Both the position numbers and the translations under genes were made by a program. The notes beneath the pieces were generated by a model. That model was not told the origin of the DNA and did no database searches. It saw only the letters and a list, made by a program, of their open reading frames with translations. A stretch of 64,000 bases of DNA from Dongia deserti (lineage in GTDB: Bacteria > Pseudomonadota > Alphaproteobacteria > Dongiales > Dongiaceae): the NCBI RefSeq assembly GCF_003574735.1, contig NZ_QORW01000006.1:42887-106886 (forward strand), given 5' to 3'. Below, in pieces: positions 46,806-56,454 of the stretch. Each line of letters starts with the position of its first letter. The first letter of the stretch is position 1.

Positions 46806-48512
46806 TTAATTATGGATCGAACTTGAACCGATTGCCGGTCTGGCCACGCGCACGCGGCGGCTGATGGCAAACAAGGGGTAGGCGAGGATGAGCAGCATCA
46901 GGCACCAGATCAGGGAATAGGCGCTGATATCGCCGCGCAGGGCCGGGCTGAACGCGGACAGAATCGATTGCCGCATCTCCGGCCGTGTGAAGACGTTTTC
47001 GTTAAGAGCAATAAAAGCAGCGGACAGCGCAAGCAGCGTGGCGAAGCAGAGCTCGATCGGCATCCGTCCCGGTCCCGATTGGCGCGTCGAGCGCAGGCGG
47101 AGCAGGGCGAATGCGACTGCCGGAACCACGAACGCCCAGATCGGGAAATCGCGGTAGCGCTGATCGAAGTCGAGGCCGAGCGCCACCACGGCCGCTCCCG
47201 CCACGACGATCAATTGCAGCGCGCCCAGCGCGAGCGCAGCATCCGGCCGGCGAGTCCACGGACGGCGCAGCCATTCCAGGCTCTGTTCAGCCTCGGCGAT
47301 ATCCTCGCCGGTGCCGGCCAAGATGCGTGGCAGAGCCAGCATAGCGACCAGGGCCGAGATCAGCGCCAGCGAGCCTTCGATCGCCCATTCGTACCAGTGC
47401 CAGGCGGCGAGAAGGGCATGGTCGATCTGCAGCAGGATGGCAAGTGCCGCCGCGCCGGCCAGCAAGGGGGCGACCAGCGCCGGCACTGCGCCAGATGCCG
47501 CGCGGCGCGCCGGCCACCACAGCACGACGCCAAGCGCCAGCGTTGCGCCGAGCCACGGCCATGGGTCTCCCATGCGCGCCACCGGCCCAGTCAGCGGGAA
47601 CTTAGAAGTGCGATCCTCGGCGAAGACACCCCAACGTCCCCCTACCGTGCCTTCGAGGGCGCGCTTCCAAGGCTGATCGAACGCCTCGATGACGTTGTAG
47701 TCCAAGCCGTGATCGTGTGCGTAGTCGAGGAAGCCACGGATGAATCCAGCCTGCTCCACCAAGCCGGGAGTGGCCCGCTCGCGCTGCTTGCCAGCGGAGG
47801 GATAGCCGGTTTCGCCGATGTAGATCGTCTTGCCCGGCATCTCGGCATGAACATGGCGCAATATCTCGTCGATGTGTGCGACGCCCTCGCTGGCGGGGAC
47901 CGGGTCGTCTTCCCAATAGGGGAGGATGTGGATCGTGACGAAATCGACATCATCGGCGAGCTCCGGATGCCGCAGCCAGAACTCCCAGACATCGGCATAG
48001 GTGACGGGCAGACCCGTCTCGGCCTTCACGTGCTGCAGCATGCTTTCCAGCGCTGCCGCCGACTGCTCCTGGCGCAGCAGCACCTCGTTACCAACGATGA
48101 TTGCCTTGATGGCTTGCGGATGGGCGCGCGCCAACTCGATCGCGCGTGCAATCTGGGCCTCGTTGTCGGCTCGGGTCACGCCGATCCAGATGCCGAGCAG
48201 GACCTTGAGATCCAGCCGTTCCGCGACCGGTACCACCTGGTCGAGGCCCTGATTGACCGCGTAGGTGCGCACGCAATCGGTCTCGGTCTTGAGCCGGATC
48301 AGATCCTGCTCGATCTGTTGCGGTGGGATGATCAGGCGTTGGTCGAAGGGCGTTTGCGTGCCGCGGAACGGCGTGTAGGAGACGCAGGCGAAACGGCCGC
48401 CCGGCGCATCGGGCATCGGCACCGGCGTCGCCCGCCATAGCCAGAATGTGCTGATGGCGAGGATGGCGAGGACACCGCCCGCCAGTGCGGCGAAGATACG
48501 GGCTGCCTTCAT
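46806..48512 (-). CDS. ndvC: NdvC-like beta-glucan synthesis protein (N-terminal GH17-like domain plus multi-TM C-terminal domain)
   Basis: GH17 catalytic-Glu contexts (IIVGNEVL, IYIGETGYPS) and a hydrophobic C-terminal half. About 62 kDa. Confidence 0.6.
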   Translation of the reverse strand: MKAARIFAALAGGVLAILAISTFWLWRATPVPMPDAPGGRFACVSYTPFRGTQTPFDQRLIIPPQQIEQDLIRLKTETDCVRTYAVNQGLDQVVPVAERLDLKVLLGIWIGVTRADNEAQIARAIELARAHPQAIKAIIVGNEVLLRQEQSAAALESMLQHVKAETGLPVTYADVWEFWLRHPELADDVDFVTIHILPYWEDDPVPASEGVAHIDEILRHVHAEMPGKTIYIGETGYPSAGKQRERATPGLVEQAGFIRGFLDYAHDHGLDYNVIEAFDQPWKRALEGTVGGRWGVFAEDRTSKFPLTGPVARMGDPWPWLGATLALGVVLWWPARRAASGAVPALVAPLLAGAAALAILLQIDHALLAAWHWYEWAIEGSLALISALVAMLALPRILAGTGEDIAEAEQSLEWLRRPWTRRPDAALALGALQLIVVAGAAVVALGLDFDQRYRDFPIWAFVVPAVAFALLRLRSTRQSGPGRMPIELCFATLLALSAAFIALNENVFTRPEMRQSILSAFSPALRGDISAYSLIWCLMLLILAYPLFAISRRVRVARPAIGSSSIHN

Positions 48513-48518
48513 CTCCCT

Positions 48519-51185
48519 TTAGCGTCCGGTTGTCAGCTCGCCGGCCGCCGGCGTACCGCCGTGCAGAACGGTGGACGGCAGGTCGGGCAGCGGCGCACGG
48601 GCGCGGCGCCACTTGAAGACCGGCAGCACGTTGATCATGGACATGATGAGGGCGGACAGGAACGGCAATGCCTGCACGCCCAGCAGCACCACCCATAATT
48701 TCGTGGTCGGCTCGATCAAGGTACGCGCCCATGCGACACCGGCGCCGGAGAGCACCAGCATGAGGAAGACCATCGTCTCCTCGCGCGCGGCAACCAGGCC
48801 ACGGATGATGGCTGGCTGGTTCTCCAGCTTTGGCGTGCGGTGGAACGGCAGGTTGGATGTGAAGAGACCCCGCCAAACGGCCTTCGATACCGCGTAGGAC
48901 AGCGACAGTCCGGCAAAGGCGGCGCCCAGGTTGTCCAGGAAGCTGCACGGCACCTTCCGGGCATAGAGCCACATCGATTTGCCGACCTTGCAGACGAACA
49001 TGCCAAGCGTGACGATCAGGTACAGCGTCAGGGGCGGTTCGATCTTGTCCGGCAGCACCATCATGCCGACGCTCCAGGCGATCGCCAGATAGACGAACAG
49101 CAATTGCAGACCGTCCGCAATCCAGGGCAGCCAGCCGGCTAGGAACTGATAGCGCTGGGCCGAGTTGAGGCGCTTGCGGCCGAAGGGCAGCAGGTCGCGC
49201 GCATGGCCCTTGAGAATCGTCATCGCGCCATAGGCCCAGCGGTAGCGCTGCTTGCGATAGGCGTCGAAGCTGTCGGGCATCAGGCCCTTGCCGTAGCTCT
49301 TCTCGGTATAGACCGCGCGATAGCCCGCCTCGAACAGGCGCAGGCCAAGCTCGGCATCTTCCGTGATGCACCATTCGCCCCAACCGCCAACCTCGATCAG
49401 CGCCGACTTGCGGATCAGTGCCATGGTGCCGTGCTGGATGATCGCGTTCTTCTCGTCGCGGGTCTTCATGCCGAGATGGAAGAAGCCCGCATACTCCCAG
49501 AAGCACATGCGCTTGAAGAGGTCCTCATGCCCGTCGCGGTAATCCTGCGGCGCCTGCATCAACGCGACCTCGGGATCCGCGAAATAGGGCACCAGCTCCT
49601 TAAGCCACTCGGGCCGAACCTTGTAGTCGCTGTCAATGGTGGCGACGATCTCCGCCTCCGGATCGGTCTGGCTGAGCGCGTAATTCAGCGCGCCCGCCTT
49701 GAATCCCGGCCACTTCGGCAGGTGGAAGAACTTGAAGTTCGGCCGGTTCAGCGAGGCGACATAGGCCTCGACTGGTTTCCACACCGCATCATCCTTGGTG
49801 TTGTTGTCGACGATGAGGACTTCGAACTTGGCATAGTCCAGCTTCTCGAGCGCGCGGATGGTCTCGATCATCATCTCCGGCGGCTCATTGTAGCAGGGCA
49901 CGTGAATGGAGACTTTAGGCAGCTTCCAGGTGCCGCGCACCGGCGGCGGGATGCGCCGGCGCTGGCTCTGGCCCAGCCACAAATTGACCGCCATCTCCAC
50001 GCCCTCGATCAGGAAGATCGCAAGCAGCAGGACGGTTGCCGGCGCGATCATCGCCAGCGCCACAATGTCGAACCAGGTGAGATATCGCCCGCTATAGGTG
50101 GCGTAGATCCAGACGGCGATCATCACGCCGCTCTGCCCCAGCAGTGCCAGAAAGAACCTGCCGCGCCCGACCAGGCCCAGTTCGGCGCGTAGTATCCACA
50201 GTATGAAGGGCAGGCCCAATGCCAGGATGGCGCCGCCCAACAGACGCCAATTCTGGTAATTGACCAGGATGCCTTGCAGGGCCGGCTTCAGGTTGCGGTT
50301 GCCGTCCCAGATCCCCCAATAGGCACCGACGCCCCCTTCGAACTCCGCCTTCCACGGCTGGTCGAACCCCTCGATGATGAAATACTCGATGTGCTGCTTC
50401 TTGGCCTCGCGCACGAAGTTGCGCAGATAGAGCCCCTGATTGACGGGAGACGCGACGGCACCCTGGCGCTGCAGCCCTTGGCTCGGCCAGCCGACCTCGT
50501 TCAGCACCACGCGCTTGTCGAGGCCGCGCTGCTTCATCACGCGCACGACCTCGTTGTAGTTCCCGAGCGTCCAGTCGACCGCATCCTCCACCGGGATGCC
50601 GTTCCAGAACGGCAGGATGTGAACTCCGATGAAATCCACTTCCTTCATCAATCGTGGGTTCTTGAGCCAGATGTCGAAGGGTTCGGACGTACCGACCGGG
50701 ACGTCGGGCAGGCGGCTCTTCACTTCACGGATGTACTGGATGAGCTCGTCGACTGTAACCAGGTCCTTGAAGATCGCCTCGTTGCCGATCGTGACCCGGC
50801 TGACGCTGCCGTTGTTCTTGGCCAGCTCTACCAGGTTATCGATCTCCTGCCGGTTCTTCTTCTTGTCTTTATCGATCCAAGCGCCGGCCATCACGCGCAG
50901 GCCGATCTTGTCGGCCATTGTCGGGATGCCATAGTTCGCCCCGACCGCAGAATAGGTTCTGATCTGGGTGGTGAGGCCCGCCATCAGCGATAGGTCCCCT
51001 CGCACCTGGGCCAGTGTTGGTTCCTTGCCAGTGGTCGGATTTGCCCCTTGACGATGCGGGGTATAGGTGAGGCCGGAGACGTCCTGCGTCCATGGATCGT
51101 GTTCGACTGGGCGATTCAGCAACACCCACGTGCCGGCAAACAGCACCGCCACTACCAGGCCGATCATCCAGTTCGAAAAGCGCAT
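48519..51185 (-). CDS. ndvB: NdvB-like beta-(1,3)-glucan synthase: GH17-like domain fused to a family-2 glycosyltransferase
   Basis: N-terminal GH17 (VTIGNEAI, LNEVGWPSQG), TM region, GT2 core (VSIHVPCYNEP, DSDY, QRYRWAYG), then a multi-TM C-terminus. 888 aa. Confidence 0.65.
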   Translation of the reverse strand: MRFSNWMIGLVVAVLFAGTWVLLNRPVEHDPWTQDVSGLTYTPHRQGANPTTGKEPTLAQVRGDLSLMAGLTTQIRTYSAVGANYGIPTMADKIGLRVMAGAWIDKDKKKNRQEIDNLVELAKNNGSVSRVTIGNEAIFKDLVTVDELIQYIREVKSRLPDVPVGTSEPFDIWLKNPRLMKEVDFIGVHILPFWNGIPVEDAVDWTLGNYNEVVRVMKQRGLDKRVVLNEVGWPSQGLQRQGAVASPVNQGLYLRNFVREAKKQHIEYFIIEGFDQPWKAEFEGGVGAYWGIWDGNRNLKPALQGILVNYQNWRLLGGAILALGLPFILWILRAELGLVGRGRFFLALLGQSGVMIAVWIYATYSGRYLTWFDIVALAMIAPATVLLLAIFLIEGVEMAVNLWLGQSQRRRIPPPVRGTWKLPKVSIHVPCYNEPPEMMIETIRALEKLDYAKFEVLIVDNNTKDDAVWKPVEAYVASLNRPNFKFFHLPKWPGFKAGALNYALSQTDPEAEIVATIDSDYKVRPEWLKELVPYFADPEVALMQAPQDYRDGHEDLFKRMCFWEYAGFFHLGMKTRDEKNAIIQHGTMALIRKSALIEVGGWGEWCITEDAELGLRLFEAGYRAVYTEKSYGKGLMPDSFDAYRKQRYRWAYGAMTILKGHARDLLPFGRKRLNSAQRYQFLAGWLPWIADGLQLLFVYLAIAWSVGMMVLPDKIEPPLTLYLIVTLGMFVCKVGKSMWLYARKVPCSFLDNLGAAFAGLSLSYAVSKAVWRGLFTSNLPFHRTPKLENQPAIIRGLVAAREETMVFLMLVLSGAGVAWARTLIEPTTKLWVVLLGVQALPFLSALIMSMINVLPVFKWRRARAPLPDLPSTVLHGGTPAAGELTTGR

Positions 51186-51704
51186 AATGTTTCAGTTCCG
51201 AAAAGACGCGTGCTGCCAGCGATTTGGGGCGTCCACTGACAAACGCCCGGCGAGCTTCAGCCGTTCCATGAGAACCCGAAAAAGACCGCTGGCCATCCGC
51301 AGACCGGCGGGAATCTCGGCGGCACGCCTGTGAAGATCAAGAGCCAAACCCGTGGCGCCTAGGACAATAGTGTGTGATCGGTGCGATCTTGTCCCGAATC
51401 GCGGCGCAAGGTCGCAGGTTGGTCACCGTGCGCGATCAATCGGGCAGCGCCGTTGCGTTCAGCTATGGCAATAGCGATGCCCCGGGCACGGCGCCTTTGA
51501 ACGCGCCGAGGAAGCTGGGATCGGACTCCCAGGAGACCGTGATCGAATTGCCGAGATGTGGCGGCGATGTCGGCGTTGATAGGTGCCGCGTGCCAACCGG
51601 TCACTCAGTGTCATGCTCATGACATTGGGTCGGTCCTCGAATCCTTGCCCCGACGCCCAGGGAAGCGGCCATGGGCCTCTCCTCTCAGAGCAACGGCGCG
51701 CCGG

Positions 51705-53306
51705 TCAACGTCCGCTGCTGGCCAGCGCTGTCCCGCGCGGCGGTGCGGTGCGGGCGGCATAGTTCGACGCCATCTGCTGTCCCCGCTCGCATTCGCGCGC
51801 ATAGGTGATGAGATGGTGCGAGACGAGCGCGATGTGGATCAGCTCCTCGATCTGCCCGTTGCGCAAAGCTGGCTTGGCCATGCGCCAGAATGTCCGGCGA
51901 TAGTCGGAGCGGATTCCAACATGGAGGAAGATGTTGGTGAGGCAGGTCAGCGCCTTGCGGATGTTGGGCCAGTTCAGCCGCGCGCGCGTCACCGGCAGCT
52001 TGATGCGGTTCGGGAAGGTGTGGCGCGCATTGTGGTCGAAGCGGGCATAGACGGCCTCCGGCTCATAAGCATGCCGCACGCAGTGCCGCCAGCTCTCCAT
52101 CACCGCCTCGTACGACTGCAGGAAGACGATATTCGAGTCCCGGGTGGCATCGTCCACCAGGCGACCGGCTGCCTTCAGCCGGTCCCACAGCGGCGTGCGC
52201 GGCAATGCCTGCAGCAGGTTGATGGCAAGCAACGGTATGTGGGAGGCATCGATGAAATCATTGATGTGCGCCGCCGTCTCGGGCGTGTCGGTATCGAGGC
52301 CAAGAATGATGCCGGAGACTACCTCCATGCCGTGACGATTGAGAGTCTCGACACCTTCCAACAGTGGAACGGCGAGATTGTGCTCCTTGTGCATGACATT
52401 CAGCGCCGCCAGCTCCGGCGTCTCGATCCCGCAGAACACGGTCGTGAAATAAGCCTCGCGCATCTGCTCAAGCAGATCCGGCAGCTTTGCGATATTGAGC
52501 GTCGCTTCGCAGGCGAACCGCAGGGGATAGCCGCGCTCCTTCTGCCAGGCGATCAAGTGCGGCAGCAGCTCGCGCGCGGCCTTGCGATTGGCGATGAAAT
52601 TGTCGTCGACGAAATAGACCGCGCCGATCGGACCGCGCGCCAGCATGGCATCCAGTTCGGCCAGGATCTGCTTCGGCTCCTTGAGACGCGGCTGGCGGCC
52701 ATAGAGCGCCGGGATGTCGCAAAACTCGCAGCGATACGGGCAGCCGCTGGAGAACTGGACCGAGCCCAACATGTACTGTCCGCCGTCGATCAGGTGATAG
52801 CCGGGAATCGGAAAATCCGGCAACGGCAAACGCTCGGCGGTTTCGAAGCGCTGCTGGGCAGGCGGCCGGCTGACGTCGCGATCGAGCGTGGTGATCAGGG
52901 CATCCGTGGCGTCGCCCACTTCGCCGATATGGAGATAGTCGAAGTCGGGATAGAGCTCCGGGCTGGCGGAGACCGAGGGGCCGCCAAGCGCGCAGATCTT
53001 GCCCCGCGCATGAGCGCGGCGCGCAATGTCCAGCATTGCCTGACGCTGGATATGCATGCCGCTGACGAAGACCGCATCCGCCCAGTCGAACTCGCGTTCC
53101 TTGGCCGGGCGGATGTTCTCATCGACAAACCGCACCTCCCACATCTCGGGAAGATAGGCCGCGATGAGCAGGATGCCTTGCGGCGGCATGAACGCCTTGA
53201 CGCCCATCAGCTTGTAGGCGTGCTCGAACGTTCCGAAGGACGGCGTGTAGCGTGGGAAGACGCACAGGATGCGGCGCGTGTTCTGGACGACGGTCTGGCT
53301 TCTCAT
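51705..53306 (-). CDS. B12-binding radical SAM protein (class B, DUF4070 C-terminal; HpnP-like)
   Basis: Internal Met start at 53306. A cobalamin-binding N-domain, the CxxxCxxC motif in GCPYRCEFCDI, and a C-terminal extension. Confidence 0.65.
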   Translation of the reverse strand: MRSQTVVQNTRRILCVFPRYTPSFGTFEHAYKLMGVKAFMPPQGILLIAAYLPEMWEVRFVDENIRPAKEREFDWADAVFVSGMHIQRQAMLDIARRAHARGKICALGGPSVSASPELYPDFDYLHIGEVGDATDALITTLDRDVSRPPAQQRFETAERLPLPDFPIPGYHLIDGGQYMLGSVQFSSGCPYRCEFCDIPALYGRQPRLKEPKQILAELDAMLARGPIGAVYFVDDNFIANRKAARELLPHLIAWQKERGYPLRFACEATLNIAKLPDLLEQMREAYFTTVFCGIETPELAALNVMHKEHNLAVPLLEGVETLNRHGMEVVSGIILGLDTDTPETAAHINDFIDASHIPLLAINLLQALPRTPLWDRLKAAGRLVDDATRDSNIVFLQSYEAVMESWRHCVRHAYEPEAVYARFDHNARHTFPNRIKLPVTRARLNWPNIRKALTCLTNIFLHVGIRSDYRRTFWRMAKPALRNGQIEELIHIALVSHHLITYARECERGQQMASNYAARTAPPRGTALASSGR

Positions 53307-53454
53307 GGCCGGCCCCTCCCGATGGGCTATTGATTTACGGAATAAGACCGCTCCGCAACGCTGGTTCCCTGGGCTGCAGCGCGTGCAGCCCGATCGTCCC
53401 AACTCTAGGATGAATTTCGGCTGGCGGGTGGTATTTTTTGCGAGACTCGTCGCC

Positions 53455-54021
53455 TCAGCCGGGTGGCGGGATGCTGCCCACGGGTTCGATCGAGGCATCG
53501 GCGCCGACCTCGATTACGACGATCTCGCCCTGCGCTGGCGAGATGCCGGTCAGGGGTTGGATGTTGGCGCCATGCGTCACGACCAGCAGGTTTCCCGGTC
53601 CTTTCCATGCCTGGATAAGCGCCTTGGCACCGGCGGCGAGGGCCTCTCCTTGATTGCTCAGAACGAATGCATTGCTAAAAGTTGACTCGGTTTCGACCGG
53701 TCCCAGCTCCATCAATCGAGCCGTATCCACGCAACGGCACCAGGGCGAGGACAGAATCTTCTCGAAGGCGACGCCTTCGGCCTTGATGCGTGCCCCGATC
53801 GCGGCGGCATCTTCCCGGCCCTTGGCGCTCAGGTTGCGCTGGGTCGTGCAATCGCCGAGGGTGAAGTCGGGCGGATCACCTGCCCCTGGTGCGGAAGTGT
53901 GCCGCATCAGCGCGATATGGCCGCCGGTCCGCAAGGCCTTCCACGCCGCCGCTTCGTCGGCACGGGCGTTGTGGCTGACGGCGGCGACAATTATCAGGGC
54001 GATGGCTATGCGGGCGATCAT
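53455..54021 (-). CDS. histidine phosphatase family protein with signal peptide
   Basis: Start at MIARIAIALIIVAAVSHNARA, an internal Met of track ORF 53455..54699. It carries the RHG signature (LMRHTSA). Confidence 0.55.
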   Translation of the reverse strand: MIARIAIALIIVAAVSHNARADEAAAWKALRTGGHIALMRHTSAPGAGDPPDFTLGDCTTQRNLSAKGREDAAAIGARIKAEGVAFEKILSSPWCRCVDTARLMELGPVETESTFSNAFVLSNQGEALAAGAKALIQAWKGPGNLLVVTHGANIQPLTGISPAQGEIVVIEVGADASIEPVGSIPPPG

Positions 54022-54032
54022 GATGCCAGCCC

Positions 54033-54521
54033 TCAGAAGTAGGCGATCAGCCGCCCGGCGGTGAGCGCGCTTAGCCATAGCACGAGCGAGGCGAGGGCGG
54101 TCGCCTTCGCGCCGGTCGGCGCCTCGCCTTCCCACTTTGCAATGCGGCGCCATGGCCAGGTGTGGGCGATCACGATGTTGATCAGCGCAGCCACGATCAG
54201 CAGCAGCTTGGCCTGGAAGGCCGGATTGCGCACGACATGCGCCGCATCCGCGCTGAACAGCAGGAAGCCCATTGCGACCGCAATGATGAAGCCGACACGC
54301 GACAGCGGCAGCAGCAAGTGCGCGAGCGGCTGGATCGGGATCGTGCGCGCCAGGCCCAGCAGCCTCAGATCCAGCGCCGTGATCGCGCCCACCAGCAGGA
54401 CAAATCCCATAATGTGCAAGATCTCGACCGCCGGATAAAGCGCGGGCGAAGCGCGCATGAGGTGACCCAGCGCGCTTTCCTGCAACGCCAGGAAGATCAG
54501 CGCGGCCGGCTGGTCCTCCAC
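54033..54521 (-). CDS. hypothetical membrane protein (4–5 TM)
   Basis: Hydrophobic ORF, tightly packed between its neighbours on the same strand. Confidence 0.45.
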   Translation of the reverse strand: MEDQPAALIFLALQESALGHLMRASPALYPAVEILHIMGFVLLVGAITALDLRLLGLARTIPIQPLAHLLLPLSRVGFIIAVAMGFLLFSADAAHVVRNPAFQAKLLLIVAALINIVIAHTWPWRRIAKWEGEAPTGAKATALASLVLWLSALTAGRLIAYF

Positions 54522-54527
54522 CGCGCT

Positions 54528-54884
54528 CTACCGCAATTCGATGCGCTTGCCGTCCAGGACGATGTACTCGATGCGCGCTTCGTCGGGCTTGCTGCTGTGC
54601 GGATATCCGAACACGGTGCAGGTCTTGCCTGGCGCGATCATCTCTGCCGTGATGCCGCGGCGCTGCATGCGCGAGGGCGGGGCGAGCACGAAGTGCCACA
54701 GCTTGCCTTCGACCTGGACCTCGATCTCGCAGTGCGGATTCTCATAGGTCGACTTTAGAATCTCACCCGTCACTTCAAACGATTTGGATGTGTCATACCC
54801 GCTCCAGCCGTGGTGGGCGAACGCCGCGCCCGGAACCAAAGCGCATGTCGTGGACAGGAACAGGCGACGGCTGATTGGTGTCAT
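54528..54884 (-). CDS. small Tat-exported hypothetical protein (DUF6152-like)
   Basis: SRRLFLSTTCALVPGAAFAHHGW is a Tat-type signal. Start at the internal Met MTPISRRL. The mature domain is about 100 aa. Confidence 0.45.
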   Translation of the reverse strand: MTPISRRLFLSTTCALVPGAAFAHHGWSGYDTSKSFEVTGEILKSTYENPHCEIEVQVEGKLWHFVLAPPSRMQRRGITAEMIAPGKTCTVFGYPHSSKPDEARIEYIVLDGKRIELR

Positions 54885-55304
54885 GGGTCTCTCCTGAGTA
54901 AGAGAACGCACGACGGTCAGCCGGATTCATAGCGTGCTTCCGGCCGCCGTTCAAACAACTCTCCAATCATCAGACTTCCGTGTGAGCGGCTAAGACACTG
55001 GCCCACCGCCGAATTCTCTAAAATGTCCAGCCTGGGACGATGCGTCTTAAAGCGCAATTTCTGATCGAAAGGTCAGGGTCGGTTCAGGCACCGTTCATCC
55101 AGCATCAGCATAGTGGAGCCCGTCGGGATCAATAACTCGAGAAAGCCTGACGCGACCAGGCTGGCAGCAGCCGGTCGGAGCAGACACCCGCGAAGGCGGA
55201 CAGGGTCACACCCCGAAGGCCCGAACGCCATCAAATTCCCCCCTCTCTTCCCCTCAGAAGGGAGGGGTTTTCTTTCGAGCCTGAAGAATCGTCTCATCAG
55301 TCTC

Positions 55305-56255
55305 CTAGGCCACGCTCTTGAATGCCTCCATCGCCGCGACCAAGGCCGCGCGGGTGCCGGGTTCCATGGCGGAATGGCCGGCATCGGGGATGATGGTGTA
55401 GCGCGCTTGCGGCCAGGCGCGGGACAGGTCGTCGGCGCTGCGGACCGGGCAGACCAGGTCATAGCGCCCCTGCACGATGAAGGCCGGGATGTTCCGGATG
55501 CGGTCGACATTATCGAGCAGGAAGTTCTCGGGCAGGAAGATGCTGTTGCGGAAGTAGTGCGCTTCCATGCGCGCAAGGCCGAGTGCCAGCACATCGGCCG
55601 AGAACGCGCGCACCGTCTCTGGGCTCGGCAGCAGGGTCGAGCAGGCGCCTTCATAGACGCTCCATGCGCGCGCCGCCGGCATGTGGATCTTGGGATCGGG
55701 ATTGGACAGCCGCGCCCAATAGGCCTCCAGGATATTGCCGCGCTCGTGCTCCGGCAAATGGCCGGCAAAGGCGCGCCAGGCTTCCGGCGCGAACTCGCGC
55801 AGGCCGTAGAGGAACCAGTCGATCTCCGACTTGCGGCATAGGAAGATGCCGCGCAGCGCGAGTCCGCGGACGCGTTCCGGATGATGTTCGGCGTAGGCCA
55901 GCGCCAACGTCGAGCCCCAGGAGCCGCCGAACACGAACCAGCGATCGATGCCAAGATGCTTGCGCAGCGTCTCCATATCCTCGACCAGATGCGGAGTCGT
56001 ATTGTCCCTGATCTCGCCCAGGGGATGAGACCGGCCGCTGCCCCGCTGGTCGAAAATCACGATGCGATAGAACGCCGGGTCGAAGAACCGGCGGTGGGTC
56101 GCATTCGCCCCCGCACCAGGGCCGCCGTGCAGGAACACGACCGGCACACCCTTTGGGTTGCCGCTCTGCTCGTAGTACATGCGATGCGGCGCGGACAGGG
56201 TCAGGAAGCCAGTGTCGTAGGGCTCGATTTCGGGGAACAAGTCCTTGGCGGGCAT
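55305..56255 (-). CDS. pip: prolyl aminopeptidase (proline iminopeptidase)
   Basis: Alpha/beta-hydrolase S33 family: HGGPGAG, catalytic GGSWGSTLA. Confidence 0.85.
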   Translation of the reverse strand: MPAKDLFPEIEPYDTGFLTLSAPHRMYYEQSGNPKGVPVVFLHGGPGAGANATHRRFFDPAFYRIVIFDQRGSGRSHPLGEIRDNTTPHLVEDMETLRKHLGIDRWFVFGGSWGSTLALAYAEHHPERVRGLALRGIFLCRKSEIDWFLYGLREFAPEAWRAFAGHLPEHERGNILEAYWARLSNPDPKIHMPAARAWSVYEGACSTLLPSPETVRAFSADVLALGLARMEAHYFRNSIFLPENFLLDNVDRIRNIPAFIVQGRYDLVCPVRSADDLSRAWPQARYTIIPDAGHSAMEPGTRAALVAAMEAFKSVA

Positions 56256-56454
56256 TGCGGGCTTATGTCCGATCTGAAAGAAGGCTCAAAGGGTTGTAAG
56301 TGGTGGGTCCACTTCCCTCAACCCCAAATCGGCCACTCGCGCTGGGGGACTGCCGTCACGGGGTTTTGACGCCGAGGCCCTTGGACCGGGAACCGGCAGG
56401 ACGATAGACTCGTTGCTCGAGCCATTGAGCCAAGGACCTCAAGGAGTGATCGCC

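Noticed and set aside
53455-54699. 414-aa minus-strand ORF
   Set aside because: The first roughly 226 codons overlap a separately supported membrane-protein gene (54033..54521) and translate to Arg/Ala/Gly low complexity. The real gene starts at the internal Met 54021 with a signal peptide.
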